A stretch of DNA of 64,000 nucleotides from the sequence record NC_000866.4; one strand, 5' to 3'. Numbering within the stretch: position 1 is the stretch's first letter; each line of letters begins with the position of its first letter. Positions 1 to 14,186 of the stretch are shown here, one piece after another. Position numbers and translations under genes: made by a program. The notes beneath the pieces were generated by a model, which saw only the letters and a list, made by a program, of their open reading frames with translations, was not told where the DNA came from and did no database searches. This DNA comes from Escherichia phage T4.

Positions 1-2507
<2,507 letters not shown>

Positions 2508-2535
2508 TATTAAAGCATATTAAAGAGGATTAAAA

Positions 2536-4515
2536 ATGACTTTATTATCTCCGGGCATTGAGCTCAAAGAAACTACGGTTCAAAGCACCGTAGTTAATAA
2601 CTCTACTGGTACAGCAGCTTTGGCCGGTAAATTCCAGTGGGGTCCTGCTTTTCAGATTAAACAGGTTACAAATGAAGTAGATTTAGTTAATACTTTTGGT
2701 CAACCAACCGCTGAAACTGCTGACTATTTTATGTCTGCGATGAATTTCTTGCAGTACGGAAATGACTTACGAGTAGTTCGTGCTGTTGATAGAGATACCG
2801 CTAAAAACTCATCGCCAATTGCTGGTAATATTGATTACACAATTTCTACCCCAGGTAGTAACTATGCGGTTGGAGATAAAATCACGGTCAAATATGTTTC
2901 AGATGATATTGAAACTGAAGGTAAAATTACTGAAGTAGACGCAGATGGAAAAATTAAGAAAATTAATATTCCTACTGGCAAAAATTACGCTAAAGCGAAA
3001 GAAGTCGGTGAATATCCAACACTAGGTTCTAACTGGACTGCGGAAATTTCTTCATCTTCCTCTGGTTTAGCTGCAGTAATAACTCTTGGAAAAATTATTA
3101 CTGATTCTGGTATTTTATTAGCTGAAATTGAAAATGCTGAAGCTGCTATGACAGCGGTTGACTTTCAAGCAAATCTTAAAAAATATGGAATTCCAGGAGT
3201 AGTAGCGCTTTATCCAGGCGAATTAGGCGATAAAATTGAAATTGAAATCGTATCTAAAGCTGACTATGCAAAAGGAGCTTCTGCATTACTCCCAATTTAT
3301 CCAGGTGGTGGTACTCGTGCATCTACTGCTAAAGCAGTGTTTGGATATGGACCGCAAACTGATTCACAGTACGCTATTATAGTTCGTCGTAATGATGCTA
3401 TTGTTCAAAGCGTTGTTCTTTCAACTAAGCGTGGTGAAAAAGATATTTACGATAGTAACATCTATATCGATGACTTTTTCGCAAAAGGTGGTTCAGAATA
3501 TATTTTTGCAACTGCACAAAACTGGCCAGAAGGCTTCTCTGGAATTTTAACTCTGTCTGGTGGATTATCATCAAATGCTGAAGTAACAGCAGGAGATTTG
3601 ATGGAAGCTTGGGACTTCTTTGCTGACCGTGAATCTGTTGACGTTCAACTGTTTATTGCAGGTTCTTGTGCCGGTGAATCTTTAGAAACAGCATCTACTG
3701 TCCAAAAACACGTCGTTTCAATTGGGGATGCTCGCCAAGATTGCTTAGTATTGTGCTCTCCTCCGCGTGAAACTGTAGTTGGAATTCCTGTAACCCGTGC
3801 TGTTGATAACCTAGTCAATTGGAGAACTGCGGCAGGTTCATACACTGATAATAACTTTAATATCAGTTCAACCTATGCAGCAATTGATGGTAACCATAAG
3901 TATCAGTATGACAAATATAATGATGTGAATCGTTGGGTTCCATTAGCAGCTGATATTGCTGGTTTATGCGCAAGAACTGATAACGTATCTCAGACTTGGA
4001 TGTCTCCAGCTGGTTATAATCGTGGTCAGATTCTTAACGTTATTAAACTTGCTATTGAAACTCGCCAGGCTCAGCGCGACCGTTTATACCAAGAAGCTAT
4101 CAACCCGGTAACCGGTACAGGTGGTGATGGTTACGTATTGTATGGTGATAAAACAGCTACTTCTGTTCCTTCTCCATTTGATCGTATTAACGTTCGTCGT
4201 CTGTTTAATATGTTGAAAACGAATATCGGACGTAGTTCAAAATATCGTTTGTTCGAATTAAACAACGCGTTTACTCGTTCATCATTCCGCACAGAAACTG
4301 CCCAGTACTTACAAGGGAATAAAGCTCTCGGTGGAATTTATGAATATCGTGTAGTTTGCGATACAACAAATAACACTCCGTCAGTAATTGATAGAAATGA
4401 GTTTGTTGCAACATTCTACATCCAACCGGCTAGAAGCATTAACTACATTACCTTAAACTTCGTAGCAACTGCTACTGGTGCAGATTTCGATGAGTTAACT
4501 GGTCTTGCTGGTTAA
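2536..4515 (+). CDS. 18: Tail sheath protein
   Basis: 659-aa ORF, T4 gp18 length; preceded by TATAAATA late promoter. Confidence 0.95.
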   Translation: MTLLSPGIELKETTVQSTVVNNSTGTAALAGKFQWGPAFQIKQVTNEVDLVNTFGQPTAETADYFMSAMNFLQYGNDLRVVRAVDRDTAKNSSPIAGNIDYTISTPGSNYAVGDKITVKYVSDDIETEGKITEVDADGKIKKINIPTGKNYAKAKEVGEYPTLGSNWTAEISSSSSGLAAVITLGKIITDSGILLAEIENAEAAMTAVDFQANLKKYGIPGVVALYPGELGDKIEIEIVSKADYAKGASALLPIYPGGGTRASTAKAVFGYGPQTDSQYAIIVRRNDAIVQSVVLSTKRGEKDIYDSNIYIDDFFAKGGSEYIFATAQNWPEGFSGILTLSGGLSSNAEVTAGDLMEAWDFFADRESVDVQLFIAGSCAGESLETASTVQKHVVSIGDARQDCLVLCSPPRETVVGIPVTRAVDNLVNWRTAAGSYTDNNFNISSTYAAIDGNHKYQYDKYNDVNRWVPLAADIAGLCARTDNVSQTWMSPAGYNRGQILNVIKLAIETRQAQRDRLYQEAINPVTGTGGDGYVLYGDKTATSVPSPFDRINVRRLFNMLKTNIGRSSKYRLFELNNAFTRSSFRTETAQYLQGNKALGGIYEYRVVCDTTNNTPSVIDRNEFVATFYIQPARSINYITLNFVATATGADFDELTGLAG

Positions 4516-4550
4516 TACGGTGCATTCTAAAGGCCTGTTTCGGCAGGCCA

Positions 4551-4558
4551 TATAAATA
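4551..4558 (+). promoter_or_regulatory. Late promoter TATAAATA (gene 18-19 intergenic, first copy)
   Basis: Exact TATAAATA directly after a GC hairpin at 4532-4549. Confidence 0.55.
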
Positions 4559-4609
4559 CACTATATCCTTAATTCTTTAATTCTATATGCCCTAGGTTAA
4601 ACATAGGGA

Positions 4610-4617
4610 TATAAATA
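4610..4617 (+). promoter_or_regulatory. Late promoter TATAAATA (second copy, proximal to gene 19)
   Basis: Exact TATAAATA 15 nt upstream of the gene 19 ATG, preceded by a second hairpin. Confidence 0.5.
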
Positions 4618-4631
4618 CTACAGAGGCTAAT

Positions 4632-5123
4632 ATGTTTGTAGATGATGTAACACGAGCGTTTGAATCTGGTGATTTTGCTCGACCTAACTTATTCCAAGTA
4701 GAAATTTCTTATCTTGGACAAAATTTTACGTTCCAATGTAAAGCTACTGCTCTACCAGCTGGTATTGTAGAAAAAATTCCAGTCGGATTTATGAACCGTA
4801 AAATTAACGTAGCAGGCGATCGTACATTCGATGACTGGACTGTTACAGTAATGAACGATGAAGCTCATGATGCTCGTCAGAAGTTCGTTGATTGGCAAAG
4901 CATTGCTGCGGGGCAAGGAAACGAAATTACTGGTGGAAAACCTGCAGAGTATAAAAAGAGCGCTATCGTTCGTCAATATGCTCGTGACGCTAAAACAGTA
5001 ACAAAAGAAATTGAAATTAAAGGTCTGTGGCCTACTAACGTGGGTGAACTTCAATTAGATTGGGATTCAAACAATGAAATCCAAACTTTTGAAGTAACTC
5101 TTGCTCTCGATTATTGGGAATAA
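4632..5123 (+). CDS. 19: Tail tube protein
   Basis: 163-aa ORF following gp18; T4 gp19 length and position. Confidence 0.93.
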   Translation: MFVDDVTRAFESGDFARPNLFQVEISYLGQNFTFQCKATALPAGIVEKIPVGFMNRKINVAGDRTFDDWTVTVMNDEAHDARQKFVDWQSIAAGQGNEITGGKPAEYKKSAIVRQYARDAKTVTKEIEIKGLWPTNVGELQLDWDSNNEIQTFEVTLALDYWE

Positions 5124-5155
5124 AATGAATGGGGAGAAATCCCCATCCTGCTTAA

Positions 5156-6780
<1,625 letters not shown>

Positions 6781-6781
<1 letters not shown>

Positions 6782-7023
6782 TGGAAGGTTTAATTGAAGC
6801 TATTAAATCAAACGACCTCGTAGCCGCTCGTAAATTATTTGCTGAAGCCATGGCTGCAAGAACGATTGATTTAATTAAAGAAGAAAAAATCGCTATCGCT
6901 CGCAATTTCTTAATCGAAGGTGAAGAACCTGAAGACGAGGATGAAGATGAAGATGACGAAGATAGTGATGATAAAGACGACAAAAAAGACGAAGACTCTG
7001 ACGAAGACGAGGATGATGAATAA
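6781..7023 (+). CDS. 67: Prohead core protein with poly-acidic C-terminus
   Basis: 80-aa ORF; C-terminal 30 residues almost entirely D/E; position between portal and gp68. Confidence 0.9.
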
Positions 7024-7448
7024 TGCTTCTGATCCCTGAAACTCATGAATTAGTTCTCGAGAATGTCGAAGCACTTATTCCTGAAGCACAGGGTCGCTTT
7101 GACGAATTGTCTTCTGCTTTAAATAAAGACGATATAAATACAATTGTCGAGAATATGCTTGATGATGAAACTGATTTAGCGGTTGCATTAGCTTCTATTA
7201 ATGAAAATATGCCGTTAAATGAATTCATCGTTAAACATGTTTCTGCCCGTGGTGAAATTACTCGCACTAAAGACCGCAAAACGCGTGAACGAAATGCATT
7301 TCAAACCACTGGGCTGTCTAAAGCAAAACGTAGACAAATTGCTCGTAAAGCTACCAAAACGAAGATTGCCAATCCAGCAGGTCAATCTCGTGCTCAGCGT
7401 AAGCGTAAAAAAGCTCTTAAACGCCGTAAAGCATTAGGATTAAGCTAA
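7023..7448 (+). CDS. 68: Prohead core protein
   Basis: 141-aa ORF with basic C-terminus, overlapping start/stop with neighbours; T4 gene 68 position. Confidence 0.88.
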
Positions 7449-8086
7449 TGAATGAACCCCAATTACTAATTGAAACTTGGGGTCAACCTGGCGAAATTAT
7501 TGATGGCGTACCAATGCTTGAATCTCATGATGGAAAAGACTTAGGTTTAAAACCGGGTTTATACATCGAAGGAATATTCATGCAAGCGGAAGTCGTCAAT
7601 AGAAATAAACGTCTTTATCCAAAACGTATATTAGAAAAAGCGGTAAAAGACTATATTAATGAGCAAGTTTTAACTAAACAAGCTCTCGGAGAATTAAATC
7701 ATCCTCCACGCGCTAATGTTGACCCGATGCAAGCCGCTATCATTATAGAAGATATGTGGTGGAAAGGAAATGACGTATACGGACGAGCTCGTGTTATTGA
7801 AGGTGACCATGGTCCTGGAGATAAATTAGCAGCTAATATTCGTGCCGGATGGATTCCAGGAGTTTCTTCTCGTGGATTAGGTTCATTGACTGACACAAAT
7901 GAAGGTTATCGTATCGTAAACGAAGGATTCAAATTAACTGTAGGTGTTGATGCAGTATGGGGTCCAAGTGCTCCAGATGCATGGGTAACTCCTAAGGAAA
8001 TTACCGAATCACAGACGGCGGAAGCCGATACAAGTGCCGATGACGCCTATATGGCTCTCGCAGAGGCCATGAAAAAAGCGTTATAA
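7448..8086 (+). CDS. 21: Prohead core protease
   Basis: 212-aa ORF; length and position match T4 gp21. Confidence 0.93.
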   Translation: MNEPQLLIETWGQPGEIIDGVPMLESHDGKDLGLKPGLYIEGIFMQAEVVNRNKRLYPKRILEKAVKDYINEQVLTKQALGELNHPPRANVDPMQAAIIIEDMWWKGNDVYGRARVIEGDHGPGDKLAANIRAGWIPGVSSRGLGSLTDTNEGYRIVNEGFKLTVGVDAVWGPSAPDAWVTPKEITESQTAEADTSADDAYMALAEAMKKAL

Positions 8087-8089
8087 ATA
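8082..8089 (+). promoter_or_regulatory. Late promoter TATAAATA for gene 22
   Basis: Exact TATAAATA overlapping the gene 21 stop, 28 nt upstream of the gene 22 ATG. Confidence 0.7.
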
Positions 8090-8116
8090 TTATTATCTAA
8101 ACAACAGGACTACAAA

Positions 8117-8926
8117 ATGCTTAAAGAACAACTGATTGCCGAAGCGCAGAAAATTGATGCTTCCGTTGCTCTTGATAGTATTTTCGAATCAGTTAATATT
8201 TCTCCGGAAGCAAAAGAAACTTTCGGCACTGTATTCGAAGCTACCGTCAAGCAGCACGCCGTTAAATTAGCTGAATCTCATATCGCTAAAATTGCTGAAA
8301 AAGCAGAAGAAGAAGTAGAAAAAAATAAAGAAGAAGCCGAAGAAAAAGCTGAGAAGAAAATCGCTGAGCAAGCTTCTAAATTCATTGACCATCTTGCAAA
8401 AGAATGGCTCGCTGAAAATAAATTAGCAGTTGATAAAGGCATCAAAGCCGAACTGTTTGAATCCATGCTTGGTGGATTAAAAGAGCTCTTTGTTGAACAC
8501 AACGTTGTTGTTCCAGAAGAATCAGTTGATGTTGTAGCTGAAATGGAAGAAGAGCTGCAAGAACATAAAGAAGAATCGCCTCGTCTGTTCGAAGAACTGA
8601 ATATGCGCGACGCATATATCAATTATGTGCAGCGTGAAGTGGCATTGAGCGAAAGTACTAAAGATCTGACTGAGTCTCAAAAAGAAAAAGTCTCTGCTCT
8701 GGTCGAAGGTATGGATTATTCAGATGCATTCTCAAGTAAATTGAGTGCAATCGTAGAAATGGTGAAGAAATCTAATAAAGATGAAAGCACTATTACTGAG
8801 AGTATAAATACTCCTGATACTGAAGCAGCCGGACTGAATTTCGTCACTGAAGCTGTAGAAGATAAAGCTGCACAGGGTGCAGAAGATATTGTAAGTGTAT
8901 ATGCGAAAGTCGCATCTCGTTTCTAA
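8117..8926 (+). CDS. 22: Prohead core scaffold protein
   Basis: 269-aa acidic, coiled-coil-like ORF; TATAAATA upstream; T4 gp22 length. Confidence 0.93.
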   Translation: MLKEQLIAEAQKIDASVALDSIFESVNISPEAKETFGTVFEATVKQHAVKLAESHIAKIAEKAEEEVEKNKEEAEEKAEKKIAEQASKFIDHLAKEWLAENKLAVDKGIKAELFESMLGGLKELFVEHNVVVPEESVDVVAEMEEELQEHKEESPRLFEELNMRDAYINYVQREVALSESTKDLTESQKEKVSALVEGMDYSDAFSSKLSAIVEMVKKSNKDESTITESINTPDTEAAGLNFVTEAVEDKAAQGAEDIVSVYAKVASRF

Positions 8927-8944
8927 TTTTAAAGGTTAACACAA

Positions 8945-10510
8945 ATGACTATCAAAACTAAAGCTGAACTTTTGAACAAATGGAAGCCATTACTGGAAGG
9001 TGAAGGTTTACCGGAAATTGCTAATAGCAAACAAGCGATTATCGCTAAAATCTTTGAAAACCAGGAAAAAGATTTCCAGACAGCTCCGGAATATAAAGAC
9101 GAAAAAATTGCTCAGGCATTCGGTTCTTTCTTAACAGAAGCTGAAATCGGTGGTGACCACGGTTACAATGCTACCAACATCGCTGCAGGTCAGACTTCTG
9201 GCGCAGTAACTCAGATTGGCCCAGCTGTTATGGGTATGGTACGTCGTGCTATTCCTAACCTGATTGCTTTCGATATTTGTGGTGTTCAGCCGATGAACAG
9301 CCCGACTGGCCAGGTATTCGCACTGCGCGCAGTATATGGTAAAGACCCAGTGGCTGCCGGTGCTAAAGAAGCATTCCACCCAATGTATGGTCCAGATGCA
9401 ATGTTCTCTGGTCAGGGTGCTGCTAAGAAATTCCCAGCTCTGGCTGCTAGCACACAAACCACAGTAGGTGATATCTATACTCACTTCTTCCAGGAAACTG
9501 GTACTGTATATCTGCAAGCTTCTGTTCAAGTAACAATCGATGCTGGTGCGACTGATGCTGCTAAATTAGATGCTGAAATTAAGAAACAAATGGAAGCTGG
9601 TGCACTGGTAGAAATCGCTGAAGGTATGGCTACTTCTATCGCTGAACTCCAGGAAGGTTTCAATGGTTCTACCGATAACCCATGGAATGAAATGGGCTTC
9701 CGTATCGATAAGCAAGTTATCGAAGCTAAATCTCGTCAGCTGAAAGCTGCTTACTCTATTGAATTAGCACAAGACCTCCGCGCTGTTCACGGTATGGATG
9801 CTGATGCTGAACTGTCTGGTATTCTGGCTACAGAAATTATGCTGGAAATCAACCGTGAAGTTGTTGATTGGATTAACTACTCAGCTCAGGTTGGTAAATC
9901 TGGTATGACCCTGACTCCGGGTTCTAAAGCTGGTGTATTTGACTTCCAGGACCCAATTGATATTCGTGGTGCTCGCTGGGCGGGTGAATCCTTTAAAGCT
10001 CTGTTGTTCCAGATTGACAAAGAAGCAGTTGAAATTGCTCGTCAGACCGGTCGTGGTGAAGGTAACTTCATTATCGCTTCCCGTAACGTAGTTAACGTTT
10101 TGGCTTCAGTTGATACCGGCATTTCTTATGCTGCACAGGGTCTGGCTACCGGCTTTAGCACTGATACTACCAAGTCAGTATTTGCTGGTGTTCTGGGTGG
10201 TAAATACCGCGTATATATCGACCAGTATGCTAAACAGGATTATTTCACTGTAGGTTATAAAGGTCCGAACGAAATGGATGCTGGTATTTACTATGCTCCA
10301 TATGTAGCTCTGACTCCGCTGCGTGGTTCCGATCCGAAGAACTTCCAACCGGTAATGGGATTCAAAACTCGTTACGGTATCGGTATCAACCCATTTGCAG
10401 AATCCGCTGCTCAGGCTCCGGCTTCTCGCATCCAGAGCGGTATGCCTTCTATTCTGAATAGCCTTGGTAAAAACGCTTACTTTAGACGTGTATATGTTAA
10501 AGGTATCTAA
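8945..10510 (+). CDS. 23: Major capsid protein
   Basis: 521-aa ORF recognised as T4 gp23 (MTIKTKAELLNKWKPLLEGEGLPEIANSKQ...); hairpin terminator downstream. Confidence 0.98.
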   Translation: MTIKTKAELLNKWKPLLEGEGLPEIANSKQAIIAKIFENQEKDFQTAPEYKDEKIAQAFGSFLTEAEIGGDHGYNATNIAAGQTSGAVTQIGPAVMGMVRRAIPNLIAFDICGVQPMNSPTGQVFALRAVYGKDPVAAGAKEAFHPMYGPDAMFSGQGAAKKFPALAASTQTTVGDIYTHFFQETGTVYLQASVQVTIDAGATDAAKLDAEIKKQMEAGALVEIAEGMATSIAELQEGFNGSTDNPWNEMGFRIDKQVIEAKSRQLKAAYSIELAQDLRAVHGMDADAELSGILATEIMLEINREVVDWINYSAQVGKSGMTLTPGSKAGVFDFQDPIDIRGARWAGESFKALLFQIDKEAVEIARQTGRGEGNFIIASRNVVNVLASVDTGISYAAQGLATGFSTDTTKSVFAGVLGGKYRVYIDQYAKQDYFTVGYKGPNEMDAGIYYAPYVALTPLRGSDPKNFQPVMGFKTRYGIGINPFAESAAQAPASRIQSGMPSILNSLGKNAYFRRVYVKGI

Positions 10511-10536
10511 TCTCTAACGATAGAAACACAATTTTA

Positions 10537-10560
10537 GGGAACCTTCGGGTTCCCTTTTTT
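10537..10560 (+). terminator. Rho-independent terminator after gene 23
   Basis: GGGAACC-UUCG-GGUUCCC hairpin followed by a T6 tract. Confidence 0.8.
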
Positions 10561-11232
10561 CTATTTTATACGATAGCAATCAGGCATATCATCCGCATTT
10601 ATCCAATTGCGAATAGTTTTAGGACTAACTTTAAAATGCTCCGCTGCGTAATCAGGATTATCAAATTTAACGCCCTTTATACATATTGGAATAAATTTTT
10701 TAATACCACCAAGTTTTTCAGAAATAGCTTTACGATGTGAAATCGATATAGGTTTGTTTTTTCGTGGATGAACATGTGTTTTATAATATTCATTGCGCCC
10801 TTTAACTCGCTTCGCAATAGTTTCATCAGATTGCTTAACGCCTGTTTTTGCCTTTGATATTTTTCGTTTAGCTTCCACAGTCATTCCTTCTTTTGTTCGT
10901 ATTGATAACATATTACGATATGAAGGATCTTGCAAATGAACTATAACTGGATTTCCTCTGCCACCAATAGCAGCATTATAGGTATCAGTTCTCATAACGA
11001 ATTCCTCATTAACTAGTAAAGCTTCCATTTTATACATCTCCTCAGATGAGGAGAAAGAATAAAGAATTTCTTTTTTAAAGTTATGAATACCATATTTTTT
11101 GATGGATTTTTTGATGTTTACGCCAGAACCCATATAACCATCGTTTTCGTCAAGAGTAGCATGAGCTCCGATGTAAATTTTTCCATTGATGATATTAGTA
11201 ATTTGATATATTAAATATTTCATTTTAAACAT
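10561..11232 (-). CDS. segD: GIY-YIG homing endonuclease-like protein
   Basis: GIY-YIG motif (LIYQITNIINGKIYIG); ORF track starts at GTG 11235, first ATG at 11232 gives 223 aa; lies between genes 23 and 24 as T4 segD. Confidence 0.85.
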   Translation of the reverse strand: MFKMKYLIYQITNIINGKIYIGAHATLDENDGYMGSGVNIKKSIKKYGIHNFKKEILYSFSSSEEMYKMEALLVNEEFVMRTDTYNAAIGGRGNPVIVHLQDPSYRNMLSIRTKEGMTVEAKRKISKAKTGVKQSDETIAKRVKGRNEYYKTHVHPRKNKPISISHRKAISEKLGGIKKFIPICIKGVKFDNPDYAAEHFKVSPKTIRNWINADDMPDCYRIK

Positions 11233-11287
11233 CACTCCGTTTGTATATGATTATAATATCATATTACTTTGGTCTTGTAAATAACTT

Positions 11288-11295
11288 TATAAATA
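11288..11295 (+). promoter_or_regulatory. Late promoter TATAAATA for gene 24
   Basis: Exact TATAAATA 28 nt upstream of the gene 24 ATG. Confidence 0.7.
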
Positions 11296-11322
11296 GTATT
11301 ATATTTCAACAAGGAAAATACA

Positions 11323-12606
11323 ATGGCTAAAATCAACGAACTTCTGCGCGAATCAACCACAACGAATAGCAACTCAATCGGTCGCCCAAATCTCGTTGCT
11401 TTGACTCGCGCTACCACTAAATTAATATATTCTGACATTGTAGCAACGCAAAGAACTAATCAACCTGTTGCTGCTTTTTATGGTATCAAATACCTTAACC
11501 CAGACAACGAATTTACATTTAAAACTGGTGCTACTTACGCTGGCGAAGCTGGATATGTAGACCGAGAACAAATCACAGAATTAACAGAAGAGTCTAAATT
11601 AACTCTCAATAAAGGCGATTTATTCAAATATAATAATATCGTTTATAAAGTATTAGAAGATACTCCATTTGCTACTATCGAAGAAAGTGATTTAGAATTA
11701 GCTCTTCAGATTGCAATCGTTCTTTTAAAGGTTCGTCTATTTTCTGACGCAGCGTCAACAAGCAAATTTGAAAGCTCTGATAGTGAAATTGCGGATGCTA
11801 GATTCCAGATTAATAAATGGCAAACTGCAGTTAAATCTCGTAAACTTAAAACTGGCATCACAGTTGAATTAGCGCAAGATTTAGAAGCAAATGGATTCGA
11901 TGCTCCTAATTTCTTGGAAGATTTGCTTGCAACTGAAATGGCAGATGAAATCAATAAAGACATTCTGCAGTCTTTGATTACAGTGTCAAAACGCTATAAA
12001 GTTACAGGAATTACTGATAGTGGATTCATCGATTTGAGTTATGCATCTGCTCCTGAAGCTGGTCGTTCATTATACCGAATGGTATGTGAAATGGTTTCGC
12101 ATATCCAAAAAGAATCAACTTATACAGCAACGTTCTGTGTTGCTTCAGCTCGTGCCGCTGCGATTCTTGCTGCATCAGGCTGGTTAAAACATAAACCAGA
12201 AGATGACAAATATCTTTCACAAAATGCCTACGGGTTCTTAGCTAATGGTTTACCGCTTTATTGCGATACTAACAGCCCATTAGATTATGTAATCGTTGGC
12301 GTAGTAGAAAATATCGGTGAAAAAGAAATTGTTGGATCAATTTTCTATGCTCCGTATACAGAAGGTCTCGACTTAGATGACCCTGAACATGTAGGTGCAT
12401 TTAAAGTTGTTGTTGATCCAGAAAGCTTACAACCATCTATCGGTTTATTAGTTAGATATGCTTTATCAGCAAATCCTTATACTGTAGCAAAAGATGAAAA
12501 AGAAGCAAGAATAATTGACGGTGGAGACATGGATAAAATGGCAGGTCGTTCAGATTTGTCTGTTTTATTAGGTGTTAAGCTACCAAAAATTATCATTGAT
12601 GAATAA
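11323..12606 (+). CDS. 24: Capsid vertex protein
   Basis: 427-aa ORF; TATAAATA at 11288-11295; T4 gp24 length and position. Confidence 0.95.
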   Translation: MAKINELLRESTTTNSNSIGRPNLVALTRATTKLIYSDIVATQRTNQPVAAFYGIKYLNPDNEFTFKTGATYAGEAGYVDREQITELTEESKLTLNKGDLFKYNNIVYKVLEDTPFATIEESDLELALQIAIVLLKVRLFSDAASTSKFESSDSEIADARFQINKWQTAVKSRKLKTGITVELAQDLEANGFDAPNFLEDLLATEMADEINKDILQSLITVSKRYKVTGITDSGFIDLSYASAPEAGRSLYRMVCEMVSHIQKESTYTATFCVASARAAAILAASGWLKHKPEDDKYLSQNAYGFLANGLPLYCDTNSPLDYVIVGVVENIGEKEIVGSIFYAPYTEGLDLDDPEHVGAFKVVVDPESLQPSIGLLVRYALSANPYTVAKDEKEARIIDGGDMDKMAGRSDLSVLLGVKLPKIIIDE

Positions 12607-12612
12607 AACAAA

Positions 12613-12636
12613 GGGACCTTTCGGTCCCTTTTTATT
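12613..12636. terminator. Hairpin terminator between gene 24 and rnlB (convergent)
   Basis: GGGACC-UUUC-GGUCCC followed by TTTTTATTT on plus strand; sits between two convergent genes. Confidence 0.75.
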
Positions 12637-13640
12637 TAACTTACCAACTCAATCCAAGCTGGACGAAGTACATCTTGTACCATTTTAACTAATTCCTTTT
12701 TAATCAAAGAAGGATTATCTGCTTGAGTTAGAGTAATACCTTCACGAGAAGTTTCTTCCAAAATATCTTGAACAGTTAGCCCCATCACCTTTCCAAAATC
12801 CTTTGGACCAATTTCGCCAATTTTAGAAATAACGTTATTTACGCGGTTCAGTGTAACGTAACAAGCTAAAATTCCCACCAATTTGTTATCAGCTTCTGAT
12901 AGCTCAACTTTAGCTTTAATAGGCTTATCAGACTTTTTCTTTTCACTAAATTTAGAGTTCTTGCATTTAATCGCTACACGATTTCCATTACGAAGCCAAG
13001 AAGGATAACAAGGTTTCAATACATATCCTTCAGCAGTAAATACTTCGCCTTTTGCTTCGGCATTCCAAACGCATTTATTTGCATCAACTAATCCAGCATG
13101 GTCTACTGTAAAATTATAATCTTGGACGACAGAATCTAAATCATTTGGCAATTTAATAAGCTCTTCAAATTTACCGCGACCTAAAAGTGGAGCCATTTTA
13201 AATTTAAATGTATTACAGAATGATTCCATCATATAATCATCTACATAAGTCACATCACCGCTTTCTGTAGTAACAATAATGTCAAATACATAAAAATCTT
13301 TATCACAATAATCAACATTCTTCTGAATGCCAGGTCCAGCGAATTCGCCAAAGACTTGATAAGATACAACCGCTGAGGTTTCCATAATATCTTGTACAGC
13401 TTTAATGGAATCAGCATAATTCTTCAAAATAATTTCATACCCAAAGAAATCTTCAGCAGGAAGAATCGGTCCAGTGCGTTTAGCGCAAGTCACTTTATCA
13501 CGCTCAATAATCAATGAGAAATTTGTGCCGTGAATCTTTTCACGAGCTACCCACTCCCCACCAGTCAATCCCAAGCTATAAAGTTTTTCAATAAATTTAG
13601 AGTTGTAATGATTTTCAAGACTGCTATACTTTTTAAACAT
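12636..13640 (-). CDS. rnlB: RNA ligase 2
   Basis: 334-aa ORF with nucleotidyltransferase motif I (EKIHGTN); T4 Rnl2 length. Confidence 0.92.
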
Positions 13641-13649
13641 AATTAATCC

Positions 13650-13928
13650 TCAAAATGTAATTTCTAACCAATCACCATCACGCTGATCACTATTGACTTT
13701 AAAGCTGAATCCTTCTTTTCTCAGCCAATCACCAATTTCTTCTGTAATCAATTTATCACGAGCAATACAATAATAATTAAAATGTGTTTTACCTTGTTCA
13801 GCTGCTTTATTAGCAAGTTCTGAAAAATCTTTAATAAAACACTCTAGCTTAAACTGTTTACTTTTTAATGCTTTTTCGCGTAATTGATTAGCAAAAGATT
13901 CATTTTCATAAAGATCATACTGTTCCAT
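13650..13928 (-). CDS. 24.2: Hypothetical protein
   Basis: 92-aa ORF with ATG start between rnlB and hoc; name assigned by T4 synteny only. Confidence 0.7.
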   Translation of the reverse strand: MEQYDLYENESFANQLREKALKSKQFKLECFIKDFSELANKAAEQGKTHFNYYCIARDKLITEEIGDWLRKEGFSFKVNSDQRDGDWLEITF

Positions 13929-14097
13929 TTTTCACCTTTTTATTGATATGTCTTTTTCTATAGACAACTTTTTCTCGAGCCCATAATACAGCCACTTCTT
14001 TTGCCTGTAAGTTTAATTCACGAGCAATTTCAATGAATGACTTTCCAGACTCATGAAGAGTAAACACCACAACCTCAGTTCTCATAATCAATCTCAT
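13915..14097 (-). CDS. 24.3: Hypothetical protein
   Basis: 60-aa ORF with ATG start overlapping the downstream ORF; name by synteny only. Confidence 0.6.
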   Translation of the reverse strand: MRLIMRTEVVVFTLHESGKSFIEIARELNLQAKEVAVLWAREKVVYRKRHINKKVKNGTV

Positions 14098-14154
14098 GTT
14101 ATCGAGTTGGTGCCATTATATACATCATTTTCTGATTGTGTTTTGTGTGCTTTC

Positions 14155-14180
14155 AAAATGAAGAAAGGGGCCGAAGCCCC
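14155..14180 (-). terminator. Terminator after hoc
   Basis: Minus strand GGGGC-UUCG-GCCCC then UUUCUUCAUUUU. Confidence 0.65.
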
Positions 14181-14186
14181 TTATGA

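Noticed and set aside
4532-4549. Hairpin after gene 18 as a transcription terminator
   Set aside because: The stem is followed by ATATAAATA (a late promoter) rather than a U-tract, so it is more likely a processing or stability element than an intrinsic terminator.
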